IMG/VR virus record: IMGVR_UViG_3300034127_000032
Location: 2,587 to 66,586 of that record
Direction: 5' to 3' (one strand)
From: a virus
Taxonomy: Duplodnaviria; Caudoviricetes
DNA: 64,000 bases
A program made the position numbers and the translations under genes. The notes below the pieces were generated by a model, which had not been told where the DNA came from, made no database searches, and saw nothing but the letters and a program-made list of their open reading frames with translations. This document shows positions 1 through 7,920 of this stretch, one piece after another (position 1 is the stretch's first letter; every line of letters begins with the position of its first letter).

Positions 1-192
1 AGCATCAGCTGTATCGCGCATTGTGCCAGCATTTTCTATAGAGTCGGCCAGCTCTTCACACTCTTCGTCCAGTCGTTTAATGCGCAAATCAGCTTGTGCT
101 GCATCGTCAAGTGGATTGACGGCAATGCCAAACTTGGCATGAAAGTCAGCAACATCAGCAACACATTTTTCAAAGCTAAAAGTGCAGTTCAT
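1..192 (-). CDS. MazG/phosphoribosyl-ATP pyrophosphohydrolase-like NTP pyrophosphatase (3' end runs off the window)
   Basis: Hand translation MNCTFSFEKCVADVADFHAKFGIA...LRIKRLDEECEELADSI...DTADA fits the FH.KFG / EE..EL / ADA pattern; RBS AAGGA upstream. Confidence 0.7.
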   Translation of the reverse strand, partial: MNCTFSFEKCVADVADFHAKFGIAVNPLDDAAQADLRIKRLDEECEELADSIENAGTMRDTADA

Positions 193-307
193 GGCATTTC
201 CTTAATAGTTGAATTTATATAGTACAGCTATAGGCCGCATATGGGAAATAGCTAGTTGTTCTTGATAGCTACTTTCATATAGCCAATTTTACTTTATTGA
301 GGGTAAG

Positions 308-335
308 AAAAAGCCCCGAAAGAATCGGGGCTTTT
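308..335. terminator. Rho-independent terminator (bidirectional shape)
   Basis: AAAAAGCCCCG-aaagaat-CGGGGCTTTT. Confidence 0.8.
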
Positions 336-351
336 GACGCGGCTAAGTCGC

Positions 352-840
352 TTATTCAGCGTCTTGATCGTGTTCGGCTTCAGGAGCTGCTTCACCGGCT
401 TGGAACTTGGCTTCTTCAGCTTCCAGTTCTGTCAGTTTGACGGTGTCAGCAGCAATGCGCTTTTGCAGGGCAGCAATACGTTCAACACGCTTGTCGGCGG
501 AATCTACCAGGCGCTTGGCAGCTTTTTCTTCACGCTCTTTGCGCTTGGCAGCTTGCGCTTCGGCTTTTTCGGTGTTGACGCGACGCGACAGTTCCAGACC
601 GGTGGCCTTACGGAAGTAAGTGATCTGGCTGTTGATCGACGGCTTGGACATGGTGGTGTTGGCAGCTGCAGTTTCAACAACGTAAGTGCTAGACTCGCCG
701 TTAGCTACAGCGTGTTGGCACAGGTCCCAAACGTAACGAGCGCCGGTACCTTTACCAGGGAACGCAACTTCGACGCCGTTGACAACAACGATTTCTTTCT
801 GAGGACGCAGGTTTTCTACTGGGGTTTGAATCTCGGTCAT
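352..840 (-). CDS. Putative DNA-binding protein with C-terminal coiled coil; paralog of 33937..34503
   Basis: Own promoter and terminator; helical segment ending SKPSINSQITYFRK, then a K/E/A-rich coiled coil. Confidence 0.55.
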   Translation of the reverse strand: MTEIQTPVENLRPQKEIVVVNGVEVAFPGKGTGARYVWDLCQHAVANGESSTYVVETAAANTTMSKPSINSQITYFRKATGLELSRRVNTEKAEAQAAKRKEREEKAAKRLVDSADKRVERIAALQKRIAADTVKLTELEAEEAKFQAGEAAPEAEHDQDAE

Positions 841-892
841 GACAAATTCCTTACAGGGATTTTAATGGTTTGATTTGCTTGTTCAGAACTCT

Positions 893-921
893 ATTATGCC
901 TATAGGCTTAAGACTTGTAAA
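893..921 (-). promoter_or_regulatory. sigma70-type promoter
   Basis: TTTACA-17-CATAAT on the minus strand. Confidence 0.7.
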
Positions 922-971
922 TAGGCAAATCAAATTATTTTTAAATTATTTAGATTGAACTTCCGATAAAG

Positions 972-1166
972 CTAGAACGGGATAGTTCTGGAAAAGCTCG
1001 GGCATCCTTTCACAATAATCTTGAGAGGAGGCTGAGAGCCAAACAGCCTACAAATATTTCCTTGAATGTCGCAGTGTTCACAGTTAAAGCAGTTTACTTG
1101 GTCGTGTAGAACTATTTGCACAAACTTAACATACTTTTCTGCGCTAGCTAATTCTTGATCTGTCAT
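972..1166 (-). CDS. Small Cys-rich hypothetical protein
   Basis: CxxCxxC...C...C; ATGA overlap with the helicase stop. Confidence 0.6.
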   Translation of the reverse strand: MTDQELASAEKYVKFVQIVLHDQVNCFNCEHCDIQGNICRLFGSQPPLKIIVKGCPSFSRTIPF

Positions 1167-2875
1167 GCTACTTGCTCCTCTCCCTGGTAAACAGGGCTAA
1201 GTATTTCGGGATGGCCTTTTACTTTAAACCAAATCTTCACAGACACTGGCTTTTGCAGTTCAGCTTTGCGGCCTAAAAAGTCGTCACAACTCGTCGGATA
1301 ATTTTCATTACCTGTATTCTCTTTCCACCACTTACGCGCTAGGCCTTGGGCAGAACCTTTGTGCTCAAAGCAAAGCCAAGTACTGTACGGTAGTAACCCA
1401 CAGTGGTAGACTGCACGGATGCTTGGTGGTTTCCCGGGCTTTTGATAAAGCGCGTAAGTAACCATGTCTACCGGAATATCGCGCACATCAAGAGTTTGTG
1501 GAGTGTCGTCGCCAATACCCGCAATAGCTGTTTGCTCTGAAGCTCCAGCTGTAATATCGTAGGCCGGTGGTGGGAACTTATGGCCGCAGTCTCCGCATTC
1601 AGTTACTCGGCTTGGCCATTGGCTCTGACACTTAGGACAAACTTTCATAGGCGGTGCATCGCTTCCACCCCGCTTCTTTTTCTTCTCCGGTAATATAGGC
1701 TCATTGATTGGGCCTAGCCTAATAATGTTGTTTGCAAAGTCCAATACTAAACAGCCGAGCGATTTAGGCCCTGCTGCGATAGCTGATAGTCTGCCAGCAA
1801 TGGTAGTCAAGTCAAAGCCTGGTGCGTATACTGGACGGGTGCCACGGCCAAGTATTTGAATGTGCAAGCTGTTAGACTTGGTAGGGCGCATAAGCACAAG
1901 CAAATCAATGTTAGGAAAGTCAAAGCCTGTAGTCAAAACGCCCATGTTTACCAGCGCGCGTAAACCGCCTTCTTGACGTTTAAAGTCGGCAATTACGTCT
2001 TCGCGCTTCTTGGTCATTTTAGAGTGGATAACGCCCGTGCGTATACCCATATCGTTGAGCATTTCAGCAATGTGCTCGGCGTGCTCAATTGATACTGCAA
2101 AGATCAGCCACTTTTTACGCTGTTGTGCTTTAGCTACCATCTCTAGGCAGCAATTGTACGTCACGCCGTTAAGGTCGACTGCGTTGGCCAGTTGCTTTTG
2201 GTTGTAGTCGCCTGCAATAGTCCCAACGTCAGATAGGTCAAACTGGGTATCAGTCGACTTAGTAGTCAGTGTAGCCAAATAGCCTTCACGAATAAAGCGT
2301 ATAAATACTTCACGCGTAGCAAAGTCGCAGGCCAAGTGGTTAAATAGACCGCATTCGAGTAAGTGGCCTCCCTTCATGCGCCAAGGCGTGGCGGTTAGCC
2401 CAATGCAAACAAGCTTTGGGTTCTTCTCGCGTAGCATGTCAAGCGTCTTGCCGTACAGCGTTTCGGACGCTGCCGGAATCATATGAGCTTCATCAATAAG
2501 CACAATTGAAGGCTTTTCAACTTCATGAGCAATATTGACAAACGATTGAATACCAGCCACAATAATACGGCCAGTCAAATCACGCTGTTTAAGACCTGAT
2601 GAGTATACTGAAACAGACGCACCAGGCCAAACCCATTTAATTGATTTGGCATCTTGCTCGACTAGCTCCTGACTGTGGGTCAATACTACTACGCGTCCTG
2701 TTCCTGGCCAGTTGGCGTAAATGTCGCGAATAATCATGCCCAACAAAGAAGCCTTGCCTGTACCTGTGGCCATTACAATCAACGGATTAATATGGCCACT
2801 CCGCTCTGCAAAAGCCTGCCACAGGTAGTTAACAGCCGCTTCCTGGTAAGGTCTTGGAATGAACTTACCCTTCAT
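1163..2875 (-). CDS. Superfamily 2 DEAD/DEAH-box helicase (RadD/YejH-like) with C-terminal zinc ribbon
   Basis: PRPYQ Q-motif, ATGTGKA Walker A, IDEAH, GLTATP, TGFDFP, QILGRG.R, CPKC..CGDC; start re-called at MKGKF. Confidence 0.92.
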   Translation of the reverse strand: MKGKFIPRPYQEAAVNYLWQAFAERSGHINPLIVMATGTGKASLLGMIIRDIYANWPGTGRVVVLTHSQELVEQDAKSIKWVWPGASVSVYSSGLKQRDLTGRIIVAGIQSFVNIAHEVEKPSIVLIDEAHMIPAASETLYGKTLDMLREKNPKLVCIGLTATPWRMKGGHLLECGLFNHLACDFATREVFIRFIREGYLATLTTKSTDTQFDLSDVGTIAGDYNQKQLANAVDLNGVTYNCCLEMVAKAQQRKKWLIFAVSIEHAEHIAEMLNDMGIRTGVIHSKMTKKREDVIADFKRQEGGLRALVNMGVLTTGFDFPNIDLLVLMRPTKSNSLHIQILGRGTRPVYAPGFDLTTIAGRLSAIAAGPKSLGCLVLDFANNIIRLGPINEPILPEKKKKRGGSDAPPMKVCPKCQSQWPSRVTECGDCGHKFPPPAYDITAGASEQTAIAGIGDDTPQTLDVRDIPVDMVTYALYQKPGKPPSIRAVYHCGLLPYSTWLCFEHKGSAQGLARKWWKENTGNENYPTSCDDFLGRKAELQKPVSVKIWFKVKGHPEILSPVYQGEEQVA

Positions 2876-2877
2876 GG

Positions 2878-3756
2878 TTACCCCAAAGCAATAATAATAT
2901 CCGCTGGCTTTACAAACGCCCGATGTTTGCTGTACGCGCCGCATGGATGGTACGGGTCAATGTCGTCGGAGCCATTGTAAGCACACGACCATTTACCTTC
3001 TTTATTCGGTGATGCGTGTTCGCAAGTTCGGCAGTTAACATCAACTGACTCATTAGTCAAATGCCAGCAGTTGGCGCGATGATCGCAGATACGGCAGCGA
3101 TAGTCGGTAGCCCGTAAAGCGATGCGCTCAGGCGGCTCATCAGCAAAAGCTAGCTTGTCTGCTAGTTGCAACTTCTCATCAGCAAAGGCTTCGTCGAGCA
3201 TTACCCATTCGGTGTATAGCTCATCGTTGTTCTTGTTAACAGCCATGTAAAAGCATTTAGTCAGCTTAAACTCGCGCATGTATGTTTGTACTTGTGCGTA
3301 GTGTACCGGCTTACTGATCTTTACGCCTTTTTTGCCCAAGTCTTCAAAAGACTTAAGGCTATGGGTTTTCATTTCAAGTAGCACCCATTCGTTTGGATGC
3401 TCAACAAAACCAAAAGCAAAGCCGTCAGTAGAACCACCTACATGGCCATAAGCCCGACTGGCCTTGAACTGCTTACCGGTTTCTGGGTGTACGTCTTGAA
3501 CTTTGATGCCAATTGAGTGCAAATAACCGGTGAAGCGCGGTTCTTCAAGATGGCCACGATTAAATAGCCGTAACACAAACGGTGGAAAAGACGGACGTGT
3601 TGTCCAGCGGTAGCTAAGCCAAATAGACCTGTGGCATTCGGCGCCAATACCGCTAAGCCCAAGGTGCGTGCGGAACGGAAGCTCTTTGGCTTCTAGGCTA
3701 ATTGCCTGGTGTCGAAGCTGAAAGGCTTCAATAAGCTCTTGAGTTGGCGTGCTCAT
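2878..3756 (-). CDS. Cas4-like PD-(D/E)XK exonuclease
   Basis: ECHR...RGH.EE...GSTDG...LLEMKT...QVQTYM and CxxC-x5-C, the four-Cys Fe-S pattern. Confidence 0.85.
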   Translation of the reverse strand: MSTPTQELIEAFQLRHQAISLEAKELPFRTHLGLSGIGAECHRSIWLSYRWTTRPSFPPFVLRLFNRGHLEEPRFTGYLHSIGIKVQDVHPETGKQFKASRAYGHVGGSTDGFAFGFVEHPNEWVLLEMKTHSLKSFEDLGKKGVKISKPVHYAQVQTYMREFKLTKCFYMAVNKNNDELYTEWVMLDEAFADEKLQLADKLAFADEPPERIALRATDYRCRICDHRANCWHLTNESVDVNCRTCEHASPNKEGKWSCAYNGSDDIDPYHPCGAYSKHRAFVKPADIIIALG

Positions 3757-4199
3757 CGGTCTTTAACCTCAGCGCGTAGTAAACTATTTACTGGCGATTC
3801 AGTAAGCTCGAACGCACGTTTTACCTCAGGGTTTAAAGCATCTTCAAAGTCTTTTTGAGCTTCAGGAGAAATGCCGCTTGACGCAAAAACTTCTACCGGC
3901 GTAAGCGGACCAAACGGCGCAGAAATATCTGCTTGTTCTGCGCGCAAACGGTTTACAACGTTTTGTGCGTAGCCAGCAATGTCGATCCAACTATCGTCAT
4001 AGTCAGGATCGCCGCACATAATACGGCTGATTTTGTGCATGACCATTGCGAGCGCTTCACGTTGGTCGTAAGCAAGATTTTGCCAGCCTGGAAGCGAACG
4101 TAAGTAGTCTTCGAGCTTCATGGCTACTTCGCCGCTTTCAATAAGCGGACCGTAACGGCCACGACGTTGCGCGATGGTTTGTTCGAGCTCAGTGGACAT
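3753..4199 (-). CDS. DUF6378-like all-helical protein
   Basis: R..RYG...REAL.MVMHKISRI..GDPDYDDSWIDIAGYA. Confidence 0.7.
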   Translation of the reverse strand: MSTELEQTIAQRRGRYGPLIESGEVAMKLEDYLRSLPGWQNLAYDQREALAMVMHKISRIMCGDPDYDDSWIDIAGYAQNVVNRLRAEQADISAPFGPLTPVEVFASSGISPEAQKDFEDALNPEVKRAFELTESPVNSLLRAEVKDR

Positions 4200-4203
4200 G
4201 GTA

Positions 4204-4695
4204 TTACTCCCGGTTAAGTTCTGCTTCAGTTATTAAGTGTGCGCGTTGTACAGTCGGCAAATCCATCCAGCCGTAATGCGTTTGCTGCAGAGGCAAGCCA
4301 AGTTTATCCGCTAGCCACTTGTAGGCGCTAGCTCGAATCATACGCCTAGCTGCCATCATAGCATGAAAAGATTGTTTTGCATGTTGCCGTGCAGCTCTTA
4401 GCTCTTTATTTGCCAATGTGCCAAGCGGAATAGCCGTATCAGCATGTACGCCTACATGAGCTTCACAGCTTCCTGCACAAGCGTACAAAAATGGCCAATC
4501 GCCAACGCTTCTGCCATAGATAGTTTCGTTATTTACGAGTATGACACTACCTTGGCAGTAGGGACATGCCGTAGGGATGGGCAACGCGTCACGCACTCGT
4601 TTCATTGCTGTAACACTTACGTAAGGCAGACCTTCTGGCGGAGGAATAACCCACGTCTGTGGGTTTGGCTGTGGCGTAAAGTTAATCTCAGACAT
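4204..4695 (-). CDS. DUF3268-family zinc-finger protein
   Basis: CPYC...YGR...LYAC...C.AHVGVH...PLGTLAN.ELR.AR...AYKWLA..LG. Confidence 0.8.
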   Translation of the reverse strand: MSEINFTPQPNPQTWVIPPPEGLPYVSVTAMKRVRDALPIPTACPYCQGSVILVNNETIYGRSVGDWPFLYACAGSCEAHVGVHADTAIPLGTLANKELRAARQHAKQSFHAMMAARRMIRASAYKWLADKLGLPLQQTHYGWMDLPTVQRAHLITEAELNRE

Positions 4696-4907
4696 TAGCG
4701 TCTACTCATTTTATTGCGTTCTTGCTTACCTTTACAAAAGGCGCACAACGTACAGCCTGGAATGGCAAGACGACGAGCTTGAGGAATTGGTGTGTCACAC
4801 TCTTCACAGCTTTCAGCGCTTACGCCTTCGTAAACAACTCGGTTTGCCAAAGTGGCGCCCAGCATAATTTCTTGGTAGCCAGTTGCTACATCTACGTCGT
4901 CAGCCAT
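4695..4907 (-). CDS. TraR/DksA C4-type zinc-finger protein
   Basis: MADDVD acidic tip; CEECDTPIPQARRLAIPGCTLCAFC. Confidence 0.88.
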   Translation of the reverse strand: MADDVDVATGYQEIMLGATLANRVVYEGVSAESCEECDTPIPQARRLAIPGCTLCAFCKGKQERNKMSRR

Positions 4908-5313
4908 TGTATTGTACCTTTATACCATGTGAGATTAAATGTTTAATTGCGGCTTGTTGCGCCTCAGCCCAACGTCCTGGGTTACCCACAGGTGGCATTA
5001 CTACCTCGCTGACTCGCTTGCTTGCGACTATTGCTGCTGCGCATGCTAAGCACGGCTGGCTAGTAACAAATAACGTTAAGCTAGAACCTTCAGAGTTTTG
5101 TAGCGCATTGACTTCCGCGTGAATAACCATAAACGTTGAGCTTTCATTATTCAGTGTAGCATCATTATACTCTGGTGGAGGACCGTTGTAACCTGCTCCG
5201 TTAAGTTTTCTTTCGCTAGTTACTACAACTGCGCCTACTTTGCGCTCTTGCTTTGACCATTCGCCGACTTGGCCGGCTAGCTGCATAAAGCGGTCACGCC
5301 ATTTTTGTTCCAT
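4900..5313 (-). CDS. dCMP deaminase
   Basis: KVGAVVV...GYNGPP...HAEVNAL...PCLACA zinc-deaminase motifs. Confidence 0.88.
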   Translation of the reverse strand: MEQKWRDRFMQLAGQVGEWSKQERKVGAVVVTSERKLNGAGYNGPPPEYNDATLNNESSTFMVIHAEVNALQNSEGSSLTLFVTSQPCLACAAAIVASKRVSEVVMPPVGNPGRWAEAQQAAIKHLISHGIKVQYNG

Positions 5314-5384
5314 GTGTACACTCCAACTTGCGGTTAATAAAATGCGCCGGAATACCGACGCATCTTACCATTACCTAGCGGTGA

Positions 5385-6065
5385 TTACCAAGGTTGAGCT
5401 GGAGTTTCAACAGTACCGTCTGGAATTGCAGGTTGGCTTTGCGCTGCTGCAGCTACCAAGGCCTGCGCGTCTGCAAGAGCCTTTTGAGCTGCAGCTACTG
5501 GATCAACAACAGCAGCCTGAGCAGCAGGAGTTTCAACAGTTTTGGCTACAGAAGCTGGTGCCGCTGGAGCGGCCGCAGGTTTTGCTGGAGCCGATGGAGC
5601 CGCTGGAGCGGAACTTGCGCCTGCTGCAGCTGCGCCACCGACTGCACGGAAACCTTGAAACTCGTTGCGAGCTTCATACAGGACGCCGGAGTCTTTGTCG
5701 TTGGCTACGTTGTAGGTAGGGGCAGTGATTTTTACGCGGGCTTCAAACGGAATGCCGCAAAGCTGAGCAACGTTGTTGAGGTTCAACACGCCGATAGCGT
5801 GGCAAAGAGCAGACAGCTGACGCTGGCCAATCTCCTGCGCTTGTGGGTTTGGGTTTTGGTAGTTGATGTTACCAAACACAACACGACCGGCGTGAGTCGG
5901 GCCTTGAACCTTTGCCATGATGCTGACCATGGAGCCGGTACCGGCTTTGGTTGGCTTCAGCTCAGACTTTTCGATCACAAACTGATACCAAGCAGCTGGA
6001 ATTGGCTCGAAGTCGGAAGAGGCTGGTTGTACTTCAGTCGCGTTAAAGCTAAGAGTCAGGGACAT
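5385..6065 (-). CDS. DUF669 single-stranded DNA-binding protein
   Basis: FEPIPAAWY...GRVVFGNINYQNPNPQAQEIGQRQLSALCHAIG; Ala/Pro-rich tail ending PW. Confidence 0.8.
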   Translation of the reverse strand: MSLTLSFNATEVQPASSDFEPIPAAWYQFVIEKSELKPTKAGTGSMVSIMAKVQGPTHAGRVVFGNINYQNPNPQAQEIGQRQLSALCHAIGVLNLNNVAQLCGIPFEARVKITAPTYNVANDKDSGVLYEARNEFQGFRAVGGAAAAGASSAPAAPSAPAKPAAAPAAPASVAKTVETPAAQAAVVDPVAAAQKALADAQALVAAAAQSQPAIPDGTVETPAQPW

Positions 6066-6131
6066 TTGTTTATCTCGTTTATTTGCTACCTTACTTTGCA
6101 AATGCCAGGTGTAAGGAATAACCTGTTTATT

Positions 6132-6208
6132 TGGTGGGCCGGACAGGACTTGAACCTGCGACCGATCGATTATGAGTCGACTGCTCTAACCAACTGAGCT
6201 ACGGGCCC
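6132..6208 (-). tRNA. tRNA with CAU anticodon, probably tRNA-Ile2 (lysidine type, reads AUA)
   Basis: GGGCCCGTAGCTCAGTTGGTTAGAGCAGTCGACTCATAATCGATCGGTCGCAGGTTCAAGTCCTGTCCGGCCCACCA folds as a cloverleaf with encoded CCA; C4-G69, C5-G68, C29-G41 as in Ile2. Confidence 0.92.
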
Positions 6209-6214
6209 AAAGCT

Positions 6215-6928
6215 TTAAATCGCATGGCCCATCTTAGCAAACAGATGGGTCAGACTTGGATATTCGAGTTCGTCAAGGACGCCTGAACGGTCCTTGCACT
6301 GATACTGCCAGTTTGCTTTTGTCCGCAGCTGGCGAGCGCCGTTATTAGCAATTTCCAGCGCAAATACTTCGTCTAGCAGATAAGGCATGCCAGACTGCAG
6401 CATTTTACCGGGAAATTTCATGCCAATTTGAGTGGTACCCATTACATCGTCAGTTACTTTTTCCGCTTTGCACAAAAACACTATATGGTGATGCGTTGGT
6501 AAGTCGCGGAATGCGCGCACCAGGCCAAGAACGTCTTGCCCAAGAATGCCGTATGCTTGACGCGGATCTTTTACTGTGGGGTTTGCCAAAGCTTCAGTCA
6601 AAACTGTTTCCGCAGTGTCAGACAATGAGTCAAGAATAACTGTCTTGTATTGTAGTGCTGCAGGAGTTTGCAACCAAGCGTAAATTTCTTTAAGCTTGGC
6701 GACCGTAGAAACATCAATATACGGAACGTTGTACGTAACCCAGTCTTGGTCAGCGCCATACACTTTGGCAATGTTATCCGGGCTAAGCGATAACAGACCG
6801 CGTTCAGCGTTCAATAAAAGCGGCGCTGGAGCAGACGCTGCAATCATAGTCTTGCCGTTACCGCTAAGGCCGTAAATGGCCATTCGAATTGGTCCGGGCG
6901 GTGTAGCACCTGTAAGTTTCACTTCCAT
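6215..6928 (-). CDS. AAA_24 / Sak4-like ATPase (recombinase)
   Basis: IYGLSGNGKT Walker A, VILDSLS Walker B, KDRSG near the C-terminus; beside the SSB and exonuclease genes. Confidence 0.85.
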   Translation of the reverse strand: MEVKLTGATPPGPIRMAIYGLSGNGKTMIAASAPAPLLLNAERGLLSLSPDNIAKVYGADQDWVTYNVPYIDVSTVAKLKEIYAWLQTPAALQYKTVILDSLSDTAETVLTEALANPTVKDPRQAYGILGQDVLGLVRAFRDLPTHHHIVFLCKAEKVTDDVMGTTQIGMKFPGKMLQSGMPYLLDEVFALEIANNGARQLRTKANWQYQCKDRSGVLDELEYPSLTHLFAKMGHAI

Positions 6929-7030
6929 TATCTTGTCTCTCAGTTCATTTAGCTATTATATTGCGCTGCTTAAGGCTTGTACAACTTTATTTAAAATAAA
7001 CGTTCCCAGCAGTGCGCAACTGGGCTATAA

Positions 7031-7417
7031 TCAGTCGGTTTCAACTTCCGGCGCTTTTGTTATCTTAACTTGCGGGGTCCCCGGCGAAGTAGTAATAGCT
7101 TCAAGAGCTGCTTCAAGGTCGTCGCCTGTCAGTGTTTTAAGACCTGTTGCGCTGACGGTATAGCTGACTTTGAAGACACCGGCAAATTTTTCTTCGCCAA
7201 GCTTTTCTCGTGCGTCTGCCAACGACGGCTCAAACACTTTGACGTTTTCAGTATTTGTGAACGACACTTTATAGCCGTCCATCTCAACGGTCTTTGAGCC
7301 TTTCTTTGTATGGTTAGACCGAGCAAGTAGCTCAAGCCGTGCGTTAAGCTCAAGCTCTTTAATCTGCTCAAGCGATTTTTTAATGGCTTCCCACTTTGGA
7401 ACAGTCATTCCGCTCAT
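7031..7417 (-). CDS. Hypothetical protein of the recombination module
   Basis: ORF in operon; ends ITTSPGTPQVKI. Confidence 0.6.
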   Translation of the reverse strand: MSGMTVPKWEAIKKSLEQIKELELNARLELLARSNHTKKGSKTVEMDGYKVSFTNTENVKVFEPSLADAREKLGEEKFAGVFKVSYTVSATGLKTLTGDDLEAALEAITTSPGTPQVKITKAPEVETD

Positions 7418-7421
7418 TGCT

Positions 7422-7850
7422 TTACTCCCGGCGTAACAGCATTATTAAAGCGTCTGAACTGCCTTTGACACGAATGTCAGGTAGGATTGTTTGAGGCTTG
7501 AATTCGACGCGGTAGTGATAAACGCTTACGTCAGCGCCGTATAGCTGCTCGCTAAAATAAGTCACATTGTCTGACAGACCAAGCGAATGCTTTTTATATT
7601 CTTTGGGCCCAACTTTGCAGGTAACGTCCAGCTTACGCGCGCTACTTGCGTCAAAGGCACAACGGCCTTCAATAGACAGCATATAGCCACCAGTGATTCC
7701 GTTGTAGAAAACGATGCGCCGTGTAATTTCAAAGTTGTCGGCTGCAGCAGACAGGTTGCGTGAAGCAATATCCGCGTCGCGGCCACAACCGGAAAGTACA
7801 CTTGCAGAAAGGGTTAGTAAGCCAAGCGTTTTAAGCAGTTTGATTTTCAT
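7422..7850 (-). CDS. Conserved phage lipoprotein
   Basis: Signal peptide with lipobox LSGC; AS.NLS.AADNFEITRRIVFYNGITG. Confidence 0.75.
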   Translation of the reverse strand: MKIKLLKTLGLLTLSASVLSGCGRDADIASRNLSAAADNFEITRRIVFYNGITGGYMLSIEGRCAFDASSARKLDVTCKVGPKEYKKHSLGLSDNVTYFSEQLYGADVSVYHYRVEFKPQTILPDIRVKGSSDALIMLLRRE

Positions 7851-7882
7851 TTGTTAACTCCAACTGTTATTTATGAAGTTCA

Positions 7883-7912
7883 ATTATAACTTATTGCTTG
7901 TTCTTTTGTAAA
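7883..7912 (-). promoter_or_regulatory. sigma70-type promoter
   Basis: TTTACA-18-TATAAT. Confidence 0.7.
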
Positions 7913-7920
7913 CTACTTTA

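Noticed and set aside
334-873. Plus-strand ORFs 334..873, 407..619, 5240..5719 and 5394..6197
   Set aside because: They are antisense to well-supported minus-strand genes, and 5394..6197 also crosses the tRNA.
5400-5640. GCT/CCA-rich repeats in the SSB tail (also 36240-36320 and 40260-40400)
   Set aside because: They encode ordinary Ala/Pro/Glu linkers; these are protein-level low-complexity regions.
7422-7850. Recombination directionality factor / lysogeny module
   Set aside because: The protein has a signal peptide and lipobox, and no integrase, repressor pair or att site was recognised in the window.
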